A program made the translations under genes and the position numbers. A DNA stretch of 64,000 nt from Acidimicrobiia bacterium (GTDB lineage: Bacteria; Actinomycetota; Acidimicrobiia; Acidimicrobiales; Aldehydirespiratoraceae): the NCBI GenBank assembly GCA_022828135.1, contig JAJEJB010000003.1, forward strand, positions 514-64,513. Direction: 5' to 3'. Below are positions 8,859 to 16,336 of the stretch, piece by piece. The notes beneath the pieces are model-generated. The model made no database searches, had not been told where the DNA came from, and saw nothing but the letters and a program-made list of their open reading frames with translations. Position 1 is the stretch's first letter. The number at the start of each line of letters is the position of its first letter.

Positions 8859-10514
8859 GTGCTGCTGGACGTATTCCTTCCGATCGGGCTGCTCATCGTG
8901 GTGGCCAAGCTGCTGGAGGGCGCGCTCAGCCGCTTCGGCCTGAGTTCGATCATCGCCTTCACGCTGACGGGGGTGCTGCTCGGTCCGGCCACCGGGATCG
9001 TCGAGCCGAACCACGACCTGAACCTATTCCTGGAGATCGGCATCTTCGTGCTCTTCTTCATCGTCGGGCTGGATGAGATCGACGTTCCGGGCTTCGTGGC
9101 CACGATGCGGGGCCGGTACTTCGCGGCGGCCGTCATCTCAGTGCTCATCTCGCTGATGGCTGCACTCGTGGTCACATCGGACATCTTCGGGGTCGATCTG
9201 GGGCTCGGGCTCGCATTCGGCGAGGCCCTGGCGCTGGCCGGCATCCTCTCGCTGTCGAGCCTCGGTCTCGCGGCCAAGGTGCTGTCGGACTCCGGAACGC
9301 TCAAGCAGCCCATAGGGCTGAAGATCTTCACCATCGTGATCATCGCGGAAATCGCTTCGCTGCTGGTGGTGGGATTCACCATCGGGGAGCACGGTCACGA
9401 CCTCAACGTGGTCGCGGTGATGGCGCTGCTGGGCAAGATCATCGCCTTCGTGGTGGTGGCGTGGCTGCTGTCGGCGAAGGTCCTGCCGGTCGTCATCGTC
9501 TCGCTGCAGCGCATCTTCAACGTGCCGGAGCTGTCCTTCGGTCTACTGCTCGGAGGCCTGTTCCTGGTCGTCGTGGGAGCCGAGAACATGGGTCTGCACG
9601 GCACCATCGGGGCACTGCTGTTCGGGGCCGCCCTGTCCGGGCTGTCCCAGGGCGTGCGCGACGACATCATGCCGGGCATGCGCAGCGCCTCCGAGGGCTT
9701 CTTCGTCCCGCTGTTCTTCGCCTCGGCCGGCCTCCACTTCGACCTCTCCTTCATGGATCTGGAACCTGCGACCGCGGCAGCGCTGGTGTTGGTACCGCTT
9801 GTGGGCAAGTTCGCGGGCGCCTTCATCGGCACCTATGTCACCCGGATCGACGCTCCGTTCGCGCTGGCGACCGGCCTGATGTCCAAGGGCGTGGCCGAGA
9901 TCGCCTTCCTGCTCGTGCTTCTCGAGCTCGACGTCATCCCCAAGGAGATCTTCTCACTGCTTGTGCTGACCATGTTCGGATACATCCTGTTCATGCCGGC
10001 CATCCTGAACTTCGCGGTCAAGCGGGCGGTGCTGTCGGACCATCCCTCACTCCCCGACACCGTGACTCCGTCGTTCGCCCGCTATGCGCTGGAGGGCGTC
10101 AAGGTCCGCACCGTGTTGGACGCCACCCGCGAGTATCCGGGATCCGACACGCCGGTGGTGGACTTCATCGACGCCTGGACTGTGCCCAACCAGCACGACT
10201 ACCTGGTGGTGGACGGTGGAAAGGTGTCGGGGATCGTCTCGACGAGCGGACTCCACTCGGTACGTCGAGGCTCCGGTGCGACCTCCACGCTCGGGAAGGT
10301 GATGCGGGCCAGCACGCTGACCACCCAGCCCGACGAGCCGATCCACGATGCGCTGGAGAAGATGACCAACGCCTCCCAGACGGTGATCCCGGTGACGGAC
10401 CCGGAGTCGGGACGCTTCCTGGGGTCGGTCACGAGTGCCGACGTGATCCACCTGGTGGTGCTCATGAACGAGATCCAATCCGAGCTCCAGCAAATGGAGA
10501 CCGAGGAACCGTAA
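8859..10514 (+). CDS. Cation:proton antiporter (CPA2/Kef-type) fused to a C-terminal CBS pair
   Basis: GTG start. The N-terminus FLPIGLLIVVAKLLEGALSRFGLSSIIAFTLTGVLLGP and 12-13 TM segments are typical of Na+/H+-exchanger family proteins. The C-terminal roughly 140 aa contain two CBS-like units (VRTVLD...VVDGGKVSGIVS and VMRAST...IPVTDPESGRFLGSVTSADVI). Confidence 0.85.
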   Translation: MLLDVFLPIGLLIVVAKLLEGALSRFGLSSIIAFTLTGVLLGPATGIVEPNHDLNLFLEIGIFVLFFIVGLDEIDVPGFVATMRGRYFAAAVISVLISLMAALVVTSDIFGVDLGLGLAFGEALALAGILSLSSLGLAAKVLSDSGTLKQPIGLKIFTIVIIAEIASLLVVGFTIGEHGHDLNVVAVMALLGKIIAFVVVAWLLSAKVLPVVIVSLQRIFNVPELSFGLLLGGLFLVVVGAENMGLHGTIGALLFGAALSGLSQGVRDDIMPGMRSASEGFFVPLFFASAGLHFDLSFMDLEPATAAALVLVPLVGKFAGAFIGTYVTRIDAPFALATGLMSKGVAEIAFLLVLLELDVIPKEIFSLLVLTMFGYILFMPAILNFAVKRAVLSDHPSLPDTVTPSFARYALEGVKVRTVLDATREYPGSDTPVVDFIDAWTVPNQHDYLVVDGGKVSGIVSTSGLHSVRRGSGATSTLGKVMRASTLTTQPDEPIHDALEKMTNASQTVIPVTDPESGRFLGSVTSADVIHLVVLMNEIQSELQQMETEEP

Positions 10515-10550
10515 GAGGCCGAGCGGGCAGACGAGTTGGGGGCCGAGGCT

Positions 10551-11381
10551 CTAGTTCCGCTGCTCGTACACGAGCGGGAACCTCGCATCGTCGGCGGGGT
10601 ATGCGCCCGGCACTGCGGTGGTGTCGTCCTGGGTGACGGTGGGGTCGCAGCCCGGATGCGGGTACCAGGTGGCGTCATCGCCCAGCCAGCGGGTGGACAG
10701 CGCCACCCGGCGCTCGCGGCTCTCGTTGGCGGGCGAGCCGTGGATGATCCAGGCCGAGAAGAAGATGGCGTCGCCCGGCTCGACGTCGAACCCGACGATC
10801 TCGAAGCAGCCGTCGGAGCGGGCGCGGGCCTCCTCGACGTCAGGCATGGGATCGCCCTTGAAGTCCTCGGTCCAGCCACCCTGGCCGTCGAAGGACGTCG
10901 GGGCGTAGTACGCGTCCCAACGGTGCGAGCCCCTCACGAACTCGAGCGAGCTGTGGCTCACCCGGCTGCTGGTGGCCGCCACCCAAGCCGACACGATCTG
11001 CTTGCCCAGGAAGGGCCAGTAGGGAATGTCCTGGTGCCACGGCGTGGGCGCCGAGGTGAGCGGCTCCTTCACCAGCAGGTGATCGAAGTAGAAGCGCATC
11101 CTCTCGGAGCCGGTGAGCGACGCCGCCAGCGCTGCGACGGGCGACAAGAACACGAAGTCCCGGATCACCGGCGCGTGCTGCCAGCGGTACCGGGTGGTGA
11201 AGAGGCGGTCCTGGGCTGCGCCCGGGTTTGTGTCGGTGACCCACGGCCCTGGATCATCGAGCTGCATCTGGGCGTCCTCCAGGATCCGCGCCACCCACTC
11301 GCCGTCCACTGCACCCGGGATCTTGACGACCCCGTCGCGCTCGAAGGCGGCTCTCGTCTCGACCGAAATCACCGCCGACAA
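10551..11381 (-). CDS. Phytanoyl-CoA dioxygenase (PhyH) family Fe(II)/2-oxoglutarate oxygenase
   Basis: 276-aa product with FERDGVVKIPG at the N-terminus, a WHQDIPYWP (HxD) motif and a later IIHGSPAN His, matching the PhyH-family facial triad layout. Confidence 0.85.
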   Translation of the reverse strand: MSAVISVETRAAFERDGVVKIPGAVDGEWVARILEDAQMQLDDPGPWVTDTNPGAAQDRLFTTRYRWQHAPVIRDFVFLSPVAALAASLTGSERMRFYFDHLLVKEPLTSAPTPWHQDIPYWPFLGKQIVSAWVAATSSRVSHSSLEFVRGSHRWDAYYAPTSFDGQGGWTEDFKGDPMPDVEEARARSDGCFEIVGFDVEPGDAIFFSAWIIHGSPANESRERRVALSTRWLGDDATWYPHPGCDPTVTQDDTTAVPGAYPADDARFPLVYEQRN

Positions 11382-11408
11382 TCTAGATCAGCGGTCTACG
11401 CTGCGGTC

Positions 11409-12236
11409 ATGGCCCTGGTATTCGCCGGCGTCTGCAGCCATGCTCCCGGCATCGTCGGGCGAGCCGACCAGGCCGATCCGGATGTGAAGGACAAGGTCTA
11501 CTCCGCCTACGGCAAGATGGCCGAGGCTCTGGCCGCGGCCCGGCCCGACGCCCTGATGGTCGTGGCCGCCGAGCACTTCGGCAACTTCTTCATGAACAAC
11601 ATGCCGAGCTTCGCGATCGGGATGGCCGACTACTACGAGGGGCCCATCGAGGATCCGGGGTGGCTGGGTATCGAGAGGTTCGTGGTGCCGGGAGATCGAG
11701 ACCTGTCCCAGCGTCTGATCACCGAGATCATGGGCACGTCGGACGTCTCCTACGCCGAGGAGTGGAAGCTCGATCACGGGATCGCGGTTCCTCTCCACTT
11801 CCTGACCCCCGACTACGACCTGCCCGTGATTCCGGTCAACATCAACTGCCAGGGCCCTCCGCTGGTCCCCTATGGGCGGGTCTGGGCGTTCGGTGAGTCC
11901 ATCCGGAGGGCTGCCGATCTCGTGCCCGAGCGTGTGGCGGTCATCGGAACCGGCGGTATCTCCCACTGGCCGGCGACTCCCGACTCGGGGAAGATCAACG
12001 AAACCTGGGACCGAGACTTCCTCGATCGCTGGTGCCGCAACGACCGCGAGGCGCTGCTCGACTACGACGACCGGTCCGTCTACGCCGAGGCCGGCCAGGG
12101 CGCCTTCGAGATCCGCACCTTCATCGCGATCAGCGCGGCGGCTTCAGGGGCACCCGGCACAGTGCACTGCTACCAGCCGGTCCCCATCTTCGCGGTGGGC
12201 TGCACCATCGCGACCTACGACCTCGCCGCCGCCTGA
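11409..12236 (+). CDS. Class III extradiol ring-cleavage dioxygenase, LigB-type catalytic subunit
   Basis: The start was trimmed to the ATG at 11409 (MALVFAGVCSHAPGI...). It contains AAEHFGNFF, DHGIAVPLHFL and GTGGISHWP, the LigB/PCA-4,5-dioxygenase beta pattern. The upstream part of the track ORF is antisense to the PhyH gene. Confidence 0.85.
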   Translation: MALVFAGVCSHAPGIVGRADQADPDVKDKVYSAYGKMAEALAAARPDALMVVAAEHFGNFFMNNMPSFAIGMADYYEGPIEDPGWLGIERFVVPGDRDLSQRLITEIMGTSDVSYAEEWKLDHGIAVPLHFLTPDYDLPVIPVNINCQGPPLVPYGRVWAFGESIRRAADLVPERVAVIGTGGISHWPATPDSGKINETWDRDFLDRWCRNDREALLDYDDRSVYAEAGQGAFEIRTFIAISAAASGAPGTVHCYQPVPIFAVGCTIATYDLAAA

Positions 12237-12260
12237 CCGGCTGTCCGCTCGGACGTGCCT

Positions 12261-12327
12261 CCCGCTCTTGTTCGCTGCGCTCACGGGCCGCTCGGGCCAC
12301 GGCTCTTCGACCTATCCGCTCGGCCTC
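12261..12327. repeat. Intergenic repeat, family A copy 2
   Basis: It contains cccgctcttgttcgctgcgctcacgggccgctcgggccacggc followed by tcttcgacctatccgctcggcctct. The far end supplies the last codons and TAG stop of the LigA-like gene on the minus strand. Confidence 0.8.
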
Positions 12328-12671
12328 TGGCTCTGCTGGCCGAGGGCGGACGTGTGCGCGTCGACGCCCTCGTAGCCGCTCATGGCGTACACGCCGGCCC
12401 GCACCGGCCCGTGCTCGGCGATGCCGTCGCGCATCCGCTGGAGGTAGTCGGCCCACTCGATGTGGTGCAGGGCCGCGAAGTGCATCAGGATCTGCCCGTT
12501 GACGCCGAGGACATAGAGCAGGCCGATATCCGGAGCGATGAGCGCCTCGATCTCGGTGTCGTCGAGGTCGTAGGGCTCGAGCACAGCACGCCGATCGGCA
12601 AGGTAGGCCTCTTGAAGGCTCGGGTCGCGGTTGAGTTCGTAGAGGAACTTCTGGACGTGGTAGAGGCTCAT
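12312..12671 (-). CDS. LigA-type small subunit of aromatic ring-opening dioxygenase
   Basis: 119-aa product: MSLYHVQKFLYELNRDPSLQEAYLADRRAVLEPYDLDDTEIEALIAPDIGLLYVLGVNGQILMHF, a LigA-family pattern. It is convergent with the LigB-like gene. Confidence 0.7.
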   Translation of the reverse strand: MSLYHVQKFLYELNRDPSLQEAYLADRRAVLEPYDLDDTEIEALIAPDIGLLYVLGVNGQILMHFAALHHIEWADYLQRMRDGIAEHGPVRAGVYAMSGYEGVDAHTSALGQQSQRPSG

Positions 12672-12711
12672 CGGGGTCCCGAGCCTAGAGCCATTTCGCG
12701 ATCGGGCTGGA

Positions 12712-15150
12712 TCAGGGGGTGACCTCGTACTCGACGGCGGCCACCTTGCGGTCGCCGGCGTACACGTGGACCCAGTAGCGCCCAGGCGCCCACGCCTCGG
12801 ACGGTGCGGCGCCCAACGACAGCCGCCACGAGCCGCCGACGTTCCGAGGCTCGGGGGTCAGCACGACCGCCCGCTCAGCGAAGCGGAAGCCGTCCTCGAA
12901 GTACTCGACGATCCGCATCGGCACCTCGGCGACGGCGTCCACCCGGTACGAGTACTTCAGCTTGAGATACACCCAGTCGTTGCTGTCCTCCACGGTCCGC
13001 GCCGAGAACCCCGACACCGCCGGCCCCTCGGCGCCGACGACGATGGCGGCCTCGTCGATGCGCCCGTTGATGCCGGGCAGGCGTGGATCCACCGGGCCGT
13101 GGTCGAGGCCGCTCAGGTCGTAGGGCTCCGTTCCGTCGTACCAGCGCGCGATCACTGTGGCCGCAGCGTCGCCGCTCGCGAGGAACGCCTCTCGTAGATG
13201 ATCGACGGACAGCAGCGTCGTTTCCTGGCCGCGGGCGGGGCCGGCGGCGACCCGGGACCTCAGGTACAGGCTGCGGAGCCCTGCATGGAACGGGCCGTCG
13301 CCCAGGGTGCGGTAGAGGTCGACGAAGAGCCGCTCGCCGAGCGAATAGCTACAGAAGAATGCGAGTGCGGCTTGCTGCTCGCCCAGGCTCTCCAGTTCCG
13401 CTATGGCGCGGGCATGGGCACACGGACGGTCGGTTGCGCCGACGGGCTGGCCGGTCCGGGTCCTCCTGCTGATCGCCTCCACGAGGCGGGCGGCGCCCTC
13501 GTCGATCCAGGCGGAGTTGTCCCTCCAGTAGTAGTGCGCCACCTCGTGGGCGATCACGTCGGCAGCGACCTCGGCCCACTGGCGGTCGGCGTCGGTGTCG
13601 AGTCCGGCCTGGGCGGTTATGTGCGTGCCGAAGTTCAATCCTGCGAACGATCCGGTGGCGGCGTCCTGGAACAGCAGCGCGACATGGCTGGTCGGCAGCG
13701 GCACGGCCATGATCTCCTCGGCGCAGCGCAGCGAGTGCTCCAGCAGATCCATTGATCGCGCCGCGCCCGGGCCGGTGCGAATGATGTCGGCGACGACCTC
13801 GCCTGCCAGCGGCAACCAGAGGATGCGCCGCTCGATTGACACGGTGTCGGGATCGAGGAGCCTATCGATGAGGCCGGGATCGCCCCCGGCGCCGTGGAGA
13901 GTGCCAACCACCGGGCTCATGTCGTCAGACAAGCCGGCGCTCAGCGTCGGATGGGCCAGGACGCGCTCGAACGATTCCGGCCAGAAGAACGCCAGAATCG
14001 CCAGCGATCTCAGCGCCGTCACATCGGGCGTCTCGATGGTGGCCGCGAAGGGCATGTCCGCAATCCGAGCCGCAGCGGCCGCGTCGTGGTGGGCGATGGA
14101 CGCCAGACGGTCGACGGCCTCGGCCTCGGCAGCGTCGATGCTGTCGGTCATCCATCCCAGGGCGAGAACGTGCGCAGCAGTGTCCGCGTCGTTGTGGGCC
14201 ATCCATTGCAGATGCGAGACGGCCTCGGCCTCCGTGCCGTCGATTCCGTCCGTCAGCCAGTCCAGGGACGCGAGGCGCGACGCCACTCGAAGATCTTCGA
14301 CCGCCGTGTACAGCAGGTCCTGGATAACCGCCGACTCGATCTCGTCAACGCCGTCGCGTGCCCACTCCAGCCGCTTGATCGAGGAGGCCAGCCTCGCGTC
14401 CGTCTGCTCGAGCCAGTGGCCGTTCGCGAAGTCGCGCAGCGAGAAGGCGACCGCGGGCAGGGCGTCGGGAGCCGGCTCCTCCAACAGTTCGGGCGGGGCC
14501 GGCGGCAGCCCGCGCCCCGAGGTGTTGTGCCAGAGCCCGATCACATACACCGCCATCTGGGCCCGCGTCACCGCCGCTTCGCTGCTGCCCTCGGCCGCCG
14601 ACGGGATCACTCGCAGCCCCTGCAGGTAGTCGACGGCTTCCTGCAGCCCCGGATTGGCGGTCCCGCAGGTATCCACGGCCCGTCTGTAGGTCCGCATCAG
14701 GAACCGCGAGATCTGCGACGCGGTCAGCCTGGCATTCGGTTCGTAGGTGGTGGCCGTCGTGCCGGTGGTGATCCGGAGCCCGTAGAGGCAGTCGATGTCG
14801 GCGGCGTGGACGCTGTCGGGGTCCACATCCGTGAACGGCGAATCGACCTGGGGGCATGTCCGGCCGAGAACGTCGCGCCACAGTCGCACGATGAACGAGG
14901 CCATCTGAGCGCGGGTGAGTTCTCGCTCGGGGCCGTAGGTGCCGTCGGCCTGCCCGACCGACAGTCCGAGAGCCCGCATGCACAGGATGTGGTCAGCTCC
15001 GTAGGCACCGTCGCCGACATCGTCGAACTGTTCCACCCCAGCGGCATCGCACAATCCGTCCTGCGCCTCAGCACGAGCCCCCGCAACGGCAAGAAGCGAC
15101 GCAATGAGCGCAGCCGGCACACCGACCTTGGCGACCAAGAGCGAGCGCAA
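12712..15150 (-). CDS. Secreted SLH-domain protein with gluzincin (M1-like HExxH...E) metallopeptidase region
   Basis: TTG start and a signal peptide (VGVPAALIASLLAVAGARA-EA). There are two to three SLH-like units (FDDVGDGAYGADHILCMRALGL...LTRAQMASFIVRLW; FTDVDPDSVHAADIDCLYGLRI...LTASQISRFLMRTY). Repeated W-x-x-DG-I/V-D-x-x-E-A-E-A motifs follow, then the zinc motif VIAHEVAHYYW...WIDEGAA. Confidence 0.8.
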   Translation of the reverse strand: MRSLLVAKVGVPAALIASLLAVAGARAEAQDGLCDAAGVEQFDDVGDGAYGADHILCMRALGLSVGQADGTYGPERELTRAQMASFIVRLWRDVLGRTCPQVDSPFTDVDPDSVHAADIDCLYGLRITTGTTATTYEPNARLTASQISRFLMRTYRRAVDTCGTANPGLQEAVDYLQGLRVIPSAAEGSSEAAVTRAQMAVYVIGLWHNTSGRGLPPAPPELLEEPAPDALPAVAFSLRDFANGHWLEQTDARLASSIKRLEWARDGVDEIESAVIQDLLYTAVEDLRVASRLASLDWLTDGIDGTEAEAVSHLQWMAHNDADTAAHVLALGWMTDSIDAAEAEAVDRLASIAHHDAAAAARIADMPFAATIETPDVTALRSLAILAFFWPESFERVLAHPTLSAGLSDDMSPVVGTLHGAGGDPGLIDRLLDPDTVSIERRILWLPLAGEVVADIIRTGPGAARSMDLLEHSLRCAEEIMAVPLPTSHVALLFQDAATGSFAGLNFGTHITAQAGLDTDADRQWAEVAADVIAHEVAHYYWRDNSAWIDEGAARLVEAISRRTRTGQPVGATDRPCAHARAIAELESLGEQQAALAFFCSYSLGERLFVDLYRTLGDGPFHAGLRSLYLRSRVAAGPARGQETTLLSVDHLREAFLASGDAAATVIARWYDGTEPYDLSGLDHGPVDPRLPGINGRIDEAAIVVGAEGPAVSGFSARTVEDSNDWVYLKLKYSYRVDAVAEVPMRIVEYFEDGFRFAERAVVLTPEPRNVGGSWRLSLGAAPSEAWAPGRYWVHVYAGDRKVAAVEYEVTP

Positions 15151-15154
15151 TGGG

Positions 15155-15487
15155 TCAGCCCGTCGCCTGTCGGGCTGCGTCGGCGTCGGCGCGGCTGATC
15201 GAGCCGGCCGGCACCCGGCCCAGCGCGGCGGTGTCGACCCGGTTGGCGCCCGAGGTCAGCGCCAGCACCGGCTCACCGTCGCACTCGAACACCAGCGACT
15301 TCACGATCTGGCCCAGCTCGCACCCCACCGCGGCAGCCGCCTCGACGGCCGTGCGGGTGCCCTGAGGAAAGCGCCGCACATAGAAGTCGAGTCCCAGCTC
15401 GGCCGCCGCCGCAGCGAACCGCTCACGGGCACTGGGGCCAGCCATGCGGCTAATCACCCCGGTCGAACTGGATGCGGCGTGACTCAT
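15155..15487 (-). CDS. YbaK/ProX-type aminoacyl-tRNA deacylase domain protein, apparently C-terminally truncated
   Basis: It contains TRTAVEAAAAVGCELGQIVKSLVFECDGEPVLALTSGANRVD, matching the YbaK/EbsC core including the conserved K-S-L. The ORF stops right after ...QATG, where family members normally continue for about 50 more residues. Confidence 0.6.
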   Translation of the reverse strand: MSHAASSSTGVISRMAGPSARERFAAAAAELGLDFYVRRFPQGTRTAVEAAAAVGCELGQIVKSLVFECDGEPVLALTSGANRVDTAALGRVPAGSISRADADAARQATG

Positions 15488-15502
15488 AGCGCGAGGGGAG
15501 CG

Positions 15503-15742
15503 TCAGATCTCGTAACTGTCCTCAAACGGGGCCGGAATGAGCTCCTCGTACATGTCAGGATCGGGCGGATACACGCCCATCTTGCCGTTGCGCCGGTAAA
15601 CCACGCCCGTACCCGTCTGGTACGCCTTCAGATGGGCGTCCTTGGCCGCCATCCGCAGAGCTTCCAGCACATCCTCGTGCCATTCCTCGCCATGGAGCCG
15701 CCTGTCGCCCCGCGCGGCTTCTCGCTCCTTGCCATCAGTCAC
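15503..15742 (-). CDS. Small hypothetical protein translationally coupled to the zeta-like ATPase
   Basis: The GTG at 15740-15742 overlaps the upstream gene's TGA (15735-15737) by 8 nt. The 79-aa product reads VTDGKEREAARGDRRLHGEEWHEDVLEALRMAAKDAHLKAYQTG...EDSYEI. No family was recognised, and an internal ATG (MAAKDAH) is an alternative start. Confidence 0.4.
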   Translation of the reverse strand: MTDGKEREAARGDRRLHGEEWHEDVLEALRMAAKDAHLKAYQTGTGVVYRRNGKMGVYPPDPDMYEELIPAPFEDSYEI

Positions 15743-16259
15743 GATCGCGCCTCCTCTCAAGGACGACCGGAGCCAGTCCGCTGTTGTCGTACAGAACCCA
15801 GTGATCGACTCTCGCACTATAGATGTTACGCAGATTCCGAAGTCCGGCATCGAAGCGGCGCCGCACCACATCATCGGGAACGTGATGGCCGCCCTGGGCG
15901 ACCCGCTGCCGCACCCGCTCGATGGCGTACTCGGGAGATCTCAACGACAGGAACAGCAGCGTCACCCGGTAACCGCCATGTCGCCACTTGTCGATCCGGC
16001 GCAGGTAGCCGCGCCCGGCCAGGGTCGTCTCGAACGCGAAGCTCTGGCCCTCGGCCGCGAGCTCGTCAATCTCAGCCAGCATCAGCCGTCCCGCGGCCAC
16101 GTCGGCGTTGCGTCCGCCCAGGGGCGCGAGGCCGGATGCAATCAGATCGGCGTTCACGAACGGCAGTCCGCCGCCCTGAACCCGCAGATACCGGAATGCG
16201 AACGTTGTCTTGCCGGCACCGTTCGGCCCGGCGATGATCAGGATCTCCCCGCCTGCCAT
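15735..16259 (-). CDS. Zeta-toxin-like P-loop ATPase/kinase (COG4185-type)
   Basis: 174-aa product with Walker A (IIAGPNGAGKTT), FVNADLIA, FAFETTLAGRGY and RVAQGGHHVPDDVVRRRF. This is the characteristic layout of zeta/AAA_33-like toxins. Confidence 0.8.
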   Translation of the reverse strand: MAGGEILIIAGPNGAGKTTFAFRYLRVQGGGLPFVNADLIASGLAPLGGRNADVAAGRLMLAEIDELAAEGQSFAFETTLAGRGYLRRIDKWRHGGYRVTLLFLSLRSPEYAIERVRQRVAQGGHHVPDDVVRRRFDAGLRNLRNIYSARVDHWVLYDNSGLAPVVLERRRDRD

Positions 16260-16336
16260 ACCACAAGATTACAGAATCAAGCAACAAATAGCTTGAAACA
16301 TGTGGAATCCTATGCAGATTGCGCCTCGTGCGAGCC

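Noticed and set aside
10536-11408. Long 5' extension of the LigB-like ORF (the track calls 10536-12236).
   Set aside because: The extension is antisense to the well-supported PhyH gene and is low-complexity. The LigB homology begins at MALVFAGVCSHAPG (11409).
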